A stretch of DNA of 64,000 nucleotides from Lama glama (GCA_028534125.1 CM052816.1:68202001-68266000), one strand, 5' to 3'; positions 1-14,617 are shown, numbered from the stretch's first letter. Notes: a model not told the origin generated them from the sequence alone. A program made the numbers and translations.

Positions 1-489
1 AACAATTGTGGCCATATATGAAGAAAAATGGTCTCTACTTTCATTTGCATAGTCATACACTAATTACATTTTTTAAAAAACAGTTATTACCATTATCAGC
101 AGCATTTATAAGAGCATCTACTATAGCACTCTGACGTATGCAAAAATCTGATTGTGCCTTGAATGTAGAGCTTTGTTTTGAATTAATTATATCAGATTTT
201 TATTGATACATTTAAAATAACAGACACCTGTTATAATAAGCCTAAGAATACAGAGGTAGGTAAAGAATAAGTCAGAAATCTACTTTAATTGCAGTTCCCT
301 GAGGTAACCAATATTAACAGTATATATTCATATACCTTCCTCTGTTCCTATGAACATATATAAGCATGTTCACATATACAGTGAGTGGTCGCTGGGTTTA
401 TAAAAATGTGAACAGATGAAATATATAATGTCTGTTTTTTCATTTAATAATTGATTAGAGTCATCCTACCAGATAAATTCATATAGATT

Positions 490-960
490 TGAGACAGGCT
501 GGGACCTGGAACCCTTTACTGCAGTGTATTGCACCTGGACAAACATCTCCAGCAACAGAATACAGGGAAACTATAAAGTACTTAAAATACCTGCACACAT
601 GCACGGTTGGGGCAAATGATGAACAAGATACAAAAAGACCAAAAACCCAATTGCCACTTCTGAGGTATCAGGAGCAAAAGCAGGGTACTAGGCATGGTCC
701 CTGCACACAGTACCACCAAGGCAGTGGGCCGACCACATAAGCTGCCCCTCTGGCCAGACCCATGGACCCACCCCTACCCACATTCCATTTAATGGAGCAG
801 CTCACTCCAACTCAGTGAGCCAGCAAGGGAAAACCTGTTAATTGGTTTTGCTCCCTTGCGCTGCAACATGAGTCCCAATAAAAAGCCTTGCCTGAATGTC
901 TCATCTGGCCTCTTATCAATTTCTATTGATTAAGTAGTTTAAGAACCCTGGCTGGGAACA
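490..960 (+). mobile_element. ERV solo LTR (ERV1-type, possibly MER41-like artiodactyl family)
   Basis: Starts TG (tgagacagg), ends CA (gggaaca), 471 bp. 4-bp target-site duplication GATT at 486-489 and 961-964. AATAAA at 877-882. Family name is tentative. Confidence 0.8.
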
Positions 961-1409
961 GATTTACTTCAGATTTGTTCATCCAGAGTATGAATTTACT
1001 ACCATTTATTCAACTGCCCCTCAAAGGATATACATTCAGGTGATTTTTGCCGCTACATATAACACTGCACTAAACACTCTTGTGACTGCAGAACTGTTTT
1101 AATTTTATCATCATGGTCATCTGAGCCCTGGAATACAACCTCAAATCTTTCCTTCCCCCATCCTCCGCTCCCTGTCATTTGGAGAACAGAGCTGAAGGGA
1201 AACTGAAGATGAGCTGGGAAAGCTGGTAATTACTCCATATAGCACATGGCCAGCAGCCTCCTGCTACAATATTTACGTCCTATTCCATTGAGATGGCACT
1301 CTGCTCACATGACCTAAATGCAGTTCTCACTCCACCAAGAACACAGCCGAATCCAAACTGCATTGGCAGCTTCGCACATGCTCCGTCTGGCCCTGTGAAT
1401 CCTCACTCA

Positions 1410-1498
1410 CCCATTGAGATTTCATTTAGTTTAAAGCATCACACCAGCTGCTGAAGCTCCGTGACTTCCACTATTTTCCTGGCCCAGATCCAAGGCAG
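1410..1498 (+). other. ANKRD55: Probable non-coding exon 1 (5' UTR) of ANKRD55; start coordinate approximate
   Basis: Donor-like CAG|GTGGCC at 1498/1499, about 300 bp upstream of the acceptor at 1795/1796. Fits my recollection of a short first intron in mammalian ANKRD55. TSS cannot be read from sequence. Confidence 0.45.
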
Positions 1499-1828
1499 GT
1501 GGCCCGCCACGAATACTGTTTTTTAGGGTTTGAGGTTTTTTTGTATATTTGTTGGGGGATGGAGTGTGTATAATACTTACACACGGGTATAGCTGATGAA
1601 TGAGGCCATAGGAAGTAACTCTTTTTCCTGGCATGTATTACAGAAATAACATTTACCTATTTCCAGCATTTGCCTTGACAACGACCTGCAGCTCTGATGC
1701 ACATTTAATTCTCAAACAGAGGTCTTGGCAAGGGATGCTGTATCTGACTGTTGTGTTGACTGTAACGTGTGAGATGGTGTTTTTTTCCTCTCTAGAGACC
1801 TGGATGCTTTTTGCCATTCTGATGGTAA

Positions 1829-1886
1829 ATGATGAGACAGGCAACCATGGATTTCAGCACTCCATCTGTGTTTGATCAGCATAAAG
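1829..1886 (+). CDS. ANKRD55: ANKRD55 first coding exon (exon 2; exon starts about 1796)
   Basis: Encodes MMRQATMDFSTPSVFDQHK(G), the recognisable ANKRD55 N-terminus. Acceptor ttttttcctctctag ends 1795; donor G|GTAAAA; phase 1. Confidence 0.92.
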
Positions 1887-1971
1887 GTAAAAACGCTGCT
1901 TTAACTCATCCTTTGGTTCTTCGCATTTTTAGTCCAATGGTAGGGATTTGCAGTTGTAGAGGGAGAAAGAG

Positions 1972-1973
<2 letters not shown>

Positions 1974-2010
<37 letters not shown>
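1974..2010. repeat. (GT)n microsatellite, about 18 units
   Basis: Perfect GT run seen directly. Confidence 0.97.
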
Positions 2011-2011
<1 letters not shown>

Positions 2012-3439
2012 TGTGGAAAATGGATTTCACATAGGAAACAAAGCTGTTCTAAATGTTTACTTCTTATTTGATAAGCATTTGGAAGGGAAAAATAAGCTTA
2101 TGGTCTGTTAGCCTTTTTAAAGTGCTTCTACCTACAAATTTTAAAAATTAGGTTTCAAGCACATCAACTGTTTCAGATGGGATCATCTTTATTCTCCATT
2201 AGCTTTTTACTCAAATATTTTAAAATATATATATTATAATAAGTAATATAAAAATCGTGTGTACCTTTTCAATGTATTAACCCAGTATCTCATTGCTAGT
2301 TTTGTAAATATCTCTTCATTCCTTTTAGGAATAGATGTTGTCCAAATTTGTGCTATAGTTGATATATTATTTCATCTGAGGTTGTGTAATGACTTACCAC
2401 TATGTTATTATTTGTGGTAAAAGGATGTATCTTTCTTGCTCATTGTTTCCAGAGTGGAGGTAATTTTCCACATGAAAAGAATGCTGTGAAATTTGCCTGT
2501 CCTTATAAAAAACATGTATTCAGCCATACAGTCTTGTGTGTACATTTTGTATATGAAGTGTGTGTGTGTATATATATGTAACACATATGTGTAATTATGC
2601 ATCTTTTCTCTGTATGTATAGGAAATTTCCACTCTTTAAATGTAATAAATATTTTTAGAAGATTTTTTTTAAATCTGGTATTTAAACTACTTTCAATAAT
2701 CTCTGAATATTCCTCAGGATCTTAGGATCCTTTGGTCATTTACTTGTTTTGGCTACAACGTGAAAATCATTGTTTGTGAAAGCCTCACTAAGAAAATTCA
2801 TTGCTTCTTTCTTTTTTCCTTTTCCTGCTTCAGGCCATAGTGTGTTTACTACCTACCCTTCAAGCTACATCTGGCTTCATGGGTGAATTATTTTAGTTCA
2901 GTGCTTTGTCAAGTTATAGATTTACATTTAGATTTCTGAGTAACTACTGTGTGTGTGTATGCATCTTCAGAATGTGCTGGTTCACACTGCGTTTGGATAT
3001 AAACATCATAGAAAAAGTGATTGCTACAAGCTGTGCCTACATCCTTTCCCCTTTGTACAGTTTGTATCACTGATGGCAATCAGCAAAAGTGAAAATATGC
3101 TTAGATCCAAAGACCTCATACTGGCTAAAAATGACATTGTTGAACTATGCAATCCAAAGAATAACACAATGGGTTTATTCTTTAAGACCAGCTCTGAGGG
3201 AGCTAGAAATGACTGCGGAGAACTAGCCCTTCATAATGAATTCATCTGTTCCAGTGTTGTGTATTCTAACAAGACTGAGCCCAAAACATAGTTAAAATAT
3301 TAATTTATAATATTTAGTTTCTTATAGCATCTTTCAGGTGAGCAATTCAGTTATTTCTCCACCATAGGCCCGATTCTCCCCCTTGTACGTTAACCCTCTC
3401 CCTGCCACCTCTATCTCTATATCTCGATCATTTCTCTGT

Positions 3440-3700
3440 AAAGGTGCTGTGGTATGGTGGAAATAGCATGGGAGACATAGGCTGAAATGGCAGAACAATG
3501 GCTTCTTAGCTGTGTGACCTTATCAGGTTACCTGACCTCTCTGGGCCTTAGTTTCCTCAGCAATAAAATAGAGAAAATTATGCTTACCTAGCAAGACTGT
3601 TGTAACACTCTAGAGTGATGTACAAAAAGCTCTGTCACATTACCTGATGTACTTTGCCTAAGTAGTTTCCAAACGTGGCTGCTTTTGTTATTATTATTAC
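3440..3700. mobile_element. MIR SINE remnant
   Basis: MIR core-like 'tagctgtgtgacctt...tctctgggccttagtttcctca..aataaaat'. Confidence 0.65.
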
Positions 3701-4174
3701 TGTTACACTTACTACCACCCTGGAGTGTGAGTTCCTCAAATGTGAAAGACTATTCACCTCTCCATCTCTAGGTTGAATTTCATGGTCCTCAGAACAAATG
3801 AGGGTTTAGTTAAGGCCAGTTGACTAGATTACATTAATTAATTTTTTTAGAACTCCAGGATACCATTCAGAACAACCCCTAAAATAATAATTAAATACCT
3901 GAATAGTTCTATTATCACATGAATCCTTCCACCTTAACAACATGAAAGGCCATAATAGGTTTAGGCAAGTTCATAGATTTTAAATACCATATTGTTGGGC
4001 AAAACCATGGTAAAGTGACTTTCTCTCGAAACGTTGAGTGTGGATGGAGCCTAGTAGAGGGTTTTCTGTGAATTCCTAGTATCTGGGGGATCAAAACTCT
4101 AAAAGGCCGCTAGCTTCACATGCAGACATTGACAAAAGACATTACATCTGGAAAGATCTTAGAAGTCTTGTAAC

Positions 4175-4335
4175 CCACTGGTTCTCAAACTTGGCCATGC
4201 ATAAAAATCACCTGGACAGTTTTTGAAAATGCTGATGCCTGGATCCCACCTCTGGAAACTCCAATTTAATAGGTGTGGGCCACAGCCTGACAAACTCCCC
4301 AGGAAGTTCCAGTGTACAAAAAGATTGACAACAAC
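4175..4335. mobile_element. MER5A-like hAT DNA transposon remnant
   Basis: 'cactggttctcaaacttggc...aatcacctgg...aaatgctgatgcctgg..cccac' resembles MER5A. Confidence 0.55.
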
Positions 4336-5374
4336 TCATTCCATCCATCCCCCTAACATCTCGGATGGGAAAAGTGAAGCCCAGAGAGGTTTAAAGGTGA
4401 GTTCTTTTATGACAATAACACACAGCTAATTAGTAACAGGTGACTGAGACGCAGGTGTTCTCTATCCATACAACAGAATAGGAGCTTCTTTTCATGGGCA
4501 ACCTCTGGTCTTAACAGCTACTTTGAGGTGGAGGGTAGGACTGAGACAGCTCTAGCTTATGGTTGCCCAGAGAATAGTCAGCACTGAAAATATGATGTAT
4601 AATAACCTCCAGGGCTCAAACCCAAACCAGGTGGATTTGGCAGGTCTGAATCCCTCCAACTGCATTTTTCTGTATTTCCTTTTAACAGTGATGATAAGAC
4701 AACCCTATGCCAGGGGCTTGGAGACAGGTAGACGTTTTCTCAAGCCCTGCCTCAGTCCTCGTACCATTTGCATGAACTTGGACAAACTGGATCTTCTCAT
4801 CTGTAAAATGTGGATAATATCATATACTTGCAGTGTTGCTGGGAGGCTGAAAGACTGAATTACCTACCTGGCAGAGGGGACTGGGGCCAAGTCTCTGGCT
4901 TGTTTTGTGAAGCTGTGAGGGAGGAAGCTGGGGTCTGCAGAGCTCTCCACTCCCTCTTTGTGCTTCTTGCTTTCACCATAGCAACATCTCTCTGGTCCCA
5001 CGTGTTCTTCCTGGCTCTCTTCCCTCTCAAAGCCCACATGCAGGAAACGACCTGTAGTAAAATCATTTACTACGGAACACAGAGGTTTATTGAAGCTGAG
5101 GCGTTATGTAACTAAAGATATTTGTGTGCTAAACTCTGCCTTCTGGAGGAGCCCAGGCCTCAGGGAGAAAATGAGAACAAGAGGGAGTGGTCCCAAGGGC
5201 CTCACCCACCCCTGCCCTGCTCAGGCTCTGTGAAGAATGTTGGATGGGGCCTCGCAGTGTGTTTGCAGGCACCTGTCAGGGCTGGGGCCCACCCTCACAG
5301 GTTTTCCTCCAGTAGAGCTGTAGAGAGAAAGTGAGGAGGGGTTTGCCCTTTAGCCCATATTAACACAGAGCATC

Positions 5375-5488
5375 CCTGTCCTAGGGCAGCCATAACAAAT
5401 TACTACAAGCTGGGTGACTTCAAACAACAGAATGATAATCTCCCCTGGTTCTGGAGGCCAGAAGTAGGAAATCAAGATGTGTGTGGCT
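5375..5488. mobile_element. MaLR (MLT1-like) LTR fragment interrupted by a SINE
   Basis: 'ctagggcagccataacaaattactacaagctgggtgacttcaaacaacag...ttctggaggccagaagt' is a typical MLT1 end. Confidence 0.6.
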
Positions 5489-5621
5489 GGGTAAGGGTAT
5501 AGCTCAAGTGGTAGGGCACATGCTTAGCATGCATGAGGTCCTGGGTTCAATCCCCAGTACCTCCTCTGAAAAATAAATAAATAAGTAGACCTAATTACCT
5601 ACCCTCCTTCCCCACAAAAAA
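5489..5621 (+). mobile_element. tRNA-derived SINE, camelid vic-1 type
   Basis: A box tagctcaagtggt (about 5500-5512), B box ggttcaatcc (5544-5553), then AT-rich 'aaataaataaataa..cctaattacct' body and A tail. Confidence 0.8.
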
Positions 5622-6689
5622 CCCAAGGTTGTAACAGACCAATCCGCTCCTGGCCCCTCTCCTGGACCCTGAGTGATCTTACCCAAACAATTCCCATTCA
5701 CAGCCTTAGAGAACCCTGAAACTGAAAGTGATTCAGTGGATTGGGGATGAGGAGAGTGGTGACATTTCCAGGATGCTTTGCCACAGAACAGCCCTAGTGT
5801 CCTTGGGAATAGGACCCAAGTATGCAACCCAGGAAGAAGAAAGTGGGAGTGATGTGCAGACAGAATGAACCTGCTCAGCCAGATCTCCTGAATCCACTCT
5901 GGTGTTGTGTCCCACTCCTTTGCAAGATCAACTTCAGAGGGCAAACCCTCAACTCAGCCCCTTGTCCAGAGGTCAACTGAGTCACCACACTGAGCTTTCC
6001 CTATCATCCCTATTTATTAACTCCACATTTCCTTGGTAATTATTAAACAACAGTGTTGGGTAACTACAATTTATGGATTTTCCCTTTGATGCAATGATAT
6101 TTTAGTGGAGCCTAAAAGAAAAACCACTGAACTTGTCACTGTTTTTATTACCTTTTTACTACCAAGCAAGTAGAGAAACAAATATCTACCCATGCCAAAC
6201 TATGGGACAGGTGAGAAAATAATGCTCTGGATGCACTAAGGTCCAAGGCTGGTGTAAAAGATGGGTACAGGCTAGACACTGTCTTGCAGAAAGACCACAT
6301 CCAACCAGGGCTCAGATGTTTGGCACACTTTTAGGAAGCCTGTCAATCATTCAGTGCAAAGTGATGCTGGTTTTGAGAATTCACTTATATCATGAATGAG
6401 CTACATCTCAGATTTTCCTGTTTATCCCTTAAAATTGTGGTGGTTTTACTTCACATTAATTTTCAACTAATAGGTAGGTTTGTGTGCTTAATAAGGGCCC
6501 TTAAGTTTGTTTTCTCTTTGTAAAACTTAAAATCTGTGTTGCTTATTGGTGAGGTTACTGCTGTTTGAGAGGGTATATCAGGGGAGGAAATGAAGGAAAG
6601 ATACACAGTCTATGGAAAGTATTTCCATTTCTAAAGGTGTCATCAGAATTTCAAACTATATACATATAATATTTAATAGCATCCTAATG

Positions 6690-7240
6690 CTTTTTTAACT
6701 TTTGGCTTGAAAATAATTTCAAACTTAAAGAAATGTTTTAAGAATAGTATAAAGAACACTGTATATCTTTTACATTTAACATTTTACCCCATTTGCTTTA
6801 TTGTTAGCTCTTTCTCTGTGTCTGTCCCTACATCTCTCTGTCTCTATGTATCTCTGTCTCTGCCCCTCTCTATATATGTATGTATACATGTGTGTATATG
6901 TTTGTATACTTTTATCTCATCTGCCTGCGTTCCAGTTTTGTCTGTTGATCCAATAATGTCATTTACACCATTTCCCCCTACCCTCGAGTACAGGATTCAG
7001 TCTAGAATTATGTACTACATTTAGTTGTCACATCTCTTTAGTCTCCTTTAATCCGAAACATTTCTGCAGGCTTTCTTTGTCGTTTTTGACATTAACATTT
7101 TTGAATTAGTCTGTCTCTCTCTTTTTTTAATACCGAGTTTCTCCTTATGGGTTTGTCTGACGCTCCCTCATGACTAGACTTAGGTAATTACTTCCTGGCC
7201 AGAATACCACATGGGTGATGTTTCCATCTCAGGTTATCAC
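6690..7240 (-). mobile_element. Old L1 (L1MC-like) 3' fragment
   Basis: T-rich start then 'ttgaaaataatttcaaacttaaagaaa' and 'ttagttgtcacatctctttagtctcctttaatc', typical of L1MC 3' UTR. Confidence 0.55.
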
Positions 7241-8919
7241 AGTGTGGTTTAAATCCTTTTAAATGGTCATTTGAGGTTACAGGTGTTGCACTATTAGCTA
7301 TCACCCAGTTCTTACAGAGTGTTTTAAAATACTGGGTTTCTTCCTAATTGTAAAATATCAGGAAGTATCAGCACCTTCAAATAGTCAAAAAATACAAAGA
7401 AGAATTCAGTATAGAAAGTGTTATATTCTCTTACCTAGCAAAGGGCTCTGTTCTTCAGAGTCTCTTAGCCCCAGCCTGTTCCCAGCTTCTCGGCTGCCAA
7501 GGTGGACCCATAGAAACTCACCCCCAATGTAGGGGTGGGGAATAGTTTCCAAAGGGAATCAGAGGAGATCAGACCAAGTATATAACCAGTATCAATAATC
7601 AGAAGACGAGTGACAACTCTGGTTTATTAAGCAGCTCCCATGTGCCACCACTGAGTTAAACTTTTTACTCCTATTATCTCATTTGATCCTTGGCACAGCC
7701 TTGAGATACATTCCATTTCTAGTCCATCTGAGGTTACATGACTTGCCCAAGGCCACAGAAGACAAGGGCAAAGCTGCCATTTTAACTCTGGCTAGGCTTC
7801 TGACGCCCAAGCCTACCTCAAACTCCTGTTCACCATGAAATTATATGTTTTGGATTCTGATAGCCCACCCTTGCATGACTCTAGCAGGAAGGAAAAGAAA
7901 GGTGATGGTGACTAGATTTGCTCAAGCCGCTGTGTCTCCCCAGGGCTGGGCTTCCGCTGCCAGCAAGTTCTGCCCAGTGAGCTCAGCTTAGTGACAGGCT
8001 GACCTCTTCCAGGATAGGAGTGGATCCAGTCTCCATGGCATCCTAGGAGGAGGAGGAGCTAAAAGGGTAGAATGACACTGGAAGGTGACCTGTGGAACTA
8101 ATGTGATGGAACTGGAGATTTGCAAGGTCAGGACTTGGCTTCCACCACAGACGCTTCAGAACCCAGGTTCTTTATCATTTTCTTACTCAACCCGTTTGTT
8201 CTGTGCAGCAACAGGTTAAGGTTTCTCCTAGAGAGTGTCCAGAGAGCCCTGATCCTGTAAACAAGGTCGCACATAAACAACAGTTGATAAAAAGGGGAAA
8301 GAAGTATTTTAACCTTGACATCCTAAGCTTTGATCCCGGGTAATTCTGAGACCATTTCTTTGTTCTTCAACTCACCACAGTAAATCAGAACACAGTCCGG
8401 TGTTTTGTTTTGTTTTGTTTTGTTAATCTTATTTCTTAAGAACCATAGAAGGAACACCTGAAATTCATCTGAATTGATATATTTATCCTCCTTACTTGGT
8501 GCTATTGAGAAACGGTCTGCTAGAGTTTTGGCTTCACTTTGGCTGACTCAGCACGACCACTGTAGAGAGGAGTCGAGATGGGCTCTCAGGTACCTGGTTT
8601 CAGGTAGTCACAGTGGAAACCAATTTAAGGATGGATCCTGGAAGTGTTCTGTCTTAAAATAGTAACTTGGAGAATTGAAAGGAATTCAGTGAATGTGTAA
8701 TCTAACGCCCTCACTTTTTACATGTGAAAACTAATACAGAGGGGTTAGCGGTGGTACTGTGTAGTGAAGTGTAATGGCCACTGAAGCTGAACCAAAGGGT
8801 TCAAGTCCCGGTGCTGCCACTCATGTCTCTGACCCTTTCCATCAGGCCCCAGCAAGAGTCCTCCTGCCCACTGTTCAGAAGCAAAGGAAAGTTTTATTCT
8901 CTGGTCAAAGAATGGAGAG

Positions 8920-9220
8920 GTGCGAGCTCTCGCGCTGGAGCACAGGGTCTCCCACACGCTGTGGGCGGGGCTGTGTTATAGACTCTGGTCAGCGGGGAGG
9001 GGCGGAACTCTCGCGGGACAGGCGCAGCTGTGCAGCTCACGCGCCAGACCGCGGTGCGTGGCCAGCGTCTCTGCACAGGGCCAGCCGCCGCCCCGCCATC
9101 TTGAATTGTGCCCTGCGTGGACTTCTGCACACAGTCTACTGCGCTGAGGTGTAAGCACAGACGTTTTGTAACAGGAACTCTGGTCTGAAGAGTTGCGGGC
9201 AGTGCCTCTGTACACGGCCT
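8920..9220. promoter_or_regulatory. CpG-rich promoter/enhancer-like element in intron 2
   Basis: About 24 CpG in 300 bp in an otherwise CpG-poor window. GC boxes at 8963-8971 and 8994-9006; YY1-type CCGCCATCTT at 9093-9102. Confidence 0.55.
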
Positions 9221-9329
9221 CCTAGGAGCAAATGAAACCAGACTAAGCACAAAGGAGAAATTTAAAAGGTTAGACCTTATTTTATTACTCAGATTCTATT
9301 TTCATTTCCCATGAATTGTTAATGGGCCT

Positions 9330-9640
9330 TGCCAGTGACACATGCTGTGTGATCCAGGTGTTTAACATCTCTGTACCTCATTTTCCTACCTTGTCGGTTA
9401 AGATGGTGCTACTGCAAAGGATTGTTTGTAAGGATTGAATTAATGAATACATGCAAAACACCTATAACCGTTGCTGGCCCATGTCATCACTAAGTTAGTG
9501 CAAGTGGCGGTTACAGGATTGTTACAAAGATGGTTGTAACAATCTTCAGAGGATTGTAAGATTCAATGACATAGTACGTACAAAGCACTTGGAGCCAGGC
9601 CTGGCCCAGACTAATAACTTAGAAAGTGCTAGTGATTCTT
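9330..9640. mobile_element. MIR SINE remnants
   Basis: 'tttaacatctctgtacctcattttcct' and 'aaagcacttggagccaggcctggc' MIR motifs. Confidence 0.55.
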
Positions 9641-10528
9641 ATAAATGTCCTACCTAAGGTCACATGGGCAACCAGTCTTCCCAGGTCAAGAGAACATCCA
9701 CCCCTTAAGCTGTCTCCCCCTTTGTAATGAATTCACAGCATAGCACTCTTTTTTTATTTGGAAATTGGAAGGGGCAGAATTTGCCTGAGCAAATTCTGTG
9801 GTTTTCCTGAACCACATCAGAAGGAAAATAATTCTCTAGGATAGCTCGTAGGTCTTGCAGTACTTCCACTTTCCCTTTCCTCTGTTTCTAGTGTTCTATC
9901 CTCTGAGTCTAAGACTTACCTTCTAGATAAAACTCATCCCACTGCTTAAAACCCAGCCTACCTGTTAGCTTCCATATTCCACGCTGGTGCCAGGCAGATT
10001 TCTAAACTTTCTATGCTGTTCTAGGAATATCTAGTCTTGAGGCACAATCTGACTGTTTAAATTATTATAGTTTCATAATGTTTTACTATTTGATACAGGA
10101 ATCCTCCCTGAATACTTTTCTTTTCCATTTTACTGGATATTTTTACCCATTTTTTATTTCCTCTTTTTGTTTGTTTTTGCTTTTAGAATGATAATACATT
10201 CATGCAATTTCAGGGTGTAAAACAATGTACAGTGAAAAGTCTCCTCCCACCCCAACTCCTTCAGCCATTCAGATCCCCTCCTGGAGGCAAAACAACGTGA
10301 GCAGTTTCTTCTGCATCCTTACCGACATTCTATGTACAAATAAGCAAATACTCAACTATATTCTTTGTTTCTTTATTAAAGCATAAAGTTATCCATTTAT
10401 TTTTACAAATGAAAATCAGTATCATTTTTCTGAGCTCACCACCCCCTCAAAAAAAAACCTGTTGGAACTCTTATTGAAATGACATTAAACTTAAAAATGA
10501 ATCCATATAATAATTAGAAAATTTTCAC

Positions 10529-12480
<1,952 letters not shown>

Positions 12481-12849
12481 TCTTTTTCTGTACTTCAGTA
12501 TGAGAATTTTTTGTCCCTTGGTCATTTGACATTTATCTTAGCATTTTAAAGGAATTCACTCAACCTCAAATGAGTATGCTATTACCACTAACTTTAATTC
12601 TCTCCCTTGTGTAAAACCAGCTCTTAAAAGATGCGTTCCCAATTTTCAATTAGTGTGTATATTTTGATTTGCTACAAATGAGTACAAACTCTAGCATAGT
12701 AATGTCTGTCCAGCAGAATGCTGAGCCACACAGCTTGGGGAGAGTAGAGTACAGTCTGCTGTGAGTACAAGAGAATGGAATGTGGAATGCCGTCCAGCAC
12801 TAAGGGTCACAAGTTCTCTGGAATATGTGAGGGCTTTGCCTCCTGAGTG

Positions 12850-13110
12850 AACGGACAGTGATAGATAATAGTGCACACTGGTCACAGGGTAGGCTCTCAG
12901 GCCCAACAGCCTACAGTCTTATCTGAGTTTCACCACCTACTGCCTGTGTAACTTTGGGGAAGTCCCCTTCCTGCCCTGTGCCTCAGTTTCCCAGTCCATA
13001 AAATGAGATTAATTCTCATAAGGTGAGAGTTAAATGAGTTGATTTACAGAAAAGGTTTAGCATAGTGCCTGGCGCATAATAAGCACGGCATAGTTGTTGA
13101 CCATCATCAT
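12850..13110. mobile_element. MIR SINE
   Basis: 'ctgtgcctcagtttccc...taaaatgag...ttaaatgagtt...tagcatagtgcctggcgcataataagcac'. Confidence 0.75.
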
Positions 13111-13849
13111 GAAATTGTCATTCAGACGGTGACAGAGACCCTTGGGAGCAGTGCCATAACTGTGGATGCTTTCGTAGCTACTGGGAGACATTGTTTTGCC
13201 ATAGAAGTGATTGTATTGCAATTTTTGCTAACTTTAGGATTGTTCTAAGTTTTTTAATTCCTTTAAATATGCTACTCAGAATTCTAGAATTCAAAACTGG
13301 AGGAAGCACAGAAAAGCTAAATACCTTGACTATAGACAGACCACAAGACTCTGTGGAATGTGACTGAGGTGCACTTTAGCCATATCCCCAAATTCATGTA
13401 TACACCACTACAGAGAAGGTAGCTCTGGGATCCCTGCCTTCCAAGCCACACTTCCAGTGAGTGGGCTGTAGGAGGAGTCTATTCCAAGGTGTTAATAATG
13501 AATGAGTACTACACGGTAAGGTTGCCATTACACATTAGTAAGGAGAGGGAGGATTAGCCAATATTTGGGAAAAAAATAATTGCGGCATACAAAAATAAAG
13601 CTTAGAAGTCTCATATATTAATTATAGCTAAATGTTAACAAGTAAGTATAAGGTTCCAACCTTTATGATAGTTATGACCATTTTAATCATAAAAGCAATG
13701 AATCATAAATGTGATGTCCATAGATTTTGAAAATGTATTTTTTAAAACCAACTAAACAATTAGAGAACTTAAGCAGAAAACCAAGAAAAGTAACTACAGC
13801 ATAGGTAACAGATGTAGAGCTAGTGTTCTTAACATATCTAGAAATTAGA

Positions 13850-14460
13850 TAAATTAGATAAAGACAAATACCTTGAGATAATATGTAAAGGACACCAATA
13901 AATAATTCGTGAAATGGCCATAGACATATGAAAAAACTTCTCTCTCAGGATCAATAAAAGTAATGATCATTGAAAATGATAAACTATTTTCCTTCTTCCA
14001 CATCAGCATTAATTTTTAAGGAACAATAATGCACAGTATCATTAAGAATGAGGTGAAATGTATGCTCTCAAGCCCTCCTTGGGGAGGATGTGTTGGGTCA
14101 ACCTTTCTGTAGGGCAATTTGGCAGAGTCAGATCCATTGATTCCCGAGTTCACTTCTAAGAATGGGTCCAAAGGAAATAATCGAAGATGCACAAAAAGAC
14201 ATGTGTGTAAGAATGTTATAGCATTATTTGGAATAGCCACAGAATTAATAATTCCCCCTAAAGGAAAATAATTTAAATGTTCAATAATAAGAATGATTAA
14301 ATCAACTGTGCTAATGGGATTTTATGCCACATTTTATAAATAACATTTTCAAATCTTACCTTATAACATGGAAAAATATTTATGATCCAAATATTAAGTT
14401 TTTGAAAAAGAGCAAAAATCAAAATTATATGTACAGGATGATTTTTTTTCTGTAAAATGT
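13850..14460 (+). mobile_element. Old L1 (L1ME-like) 3' fragment
   Basis: Degenerate 'atggccatagacatatgaaaaa', 'gggcaatttggca', 'aagaatgttatagcattattt' L1 3' motifs. Confidence 0.55.
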
Positions 14461-14568
14461 AACTCTAGCACTATGCTTAGAACTATTATTCACTGGTTGT
14501 TACAATATTAAAATACTCTATATCCTCATTTCAGTAGGGATTGCTCCAGCCATTTCCCCAGGGACACA

Positions 14569-14617
<49 letters not shown>

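Noticed and set aside
5489..5570. Possible tRNA gene
   Set aside because: A and B boxes present, but followed by a SINE body and A-rich tail and inserted in an LTR; it is a tRNA-derived SINE.
8774..9250. Several overlapping ORFs on both strands
   Set aside because: Expected from high GC content (few stops); treated as regulatory DNA.
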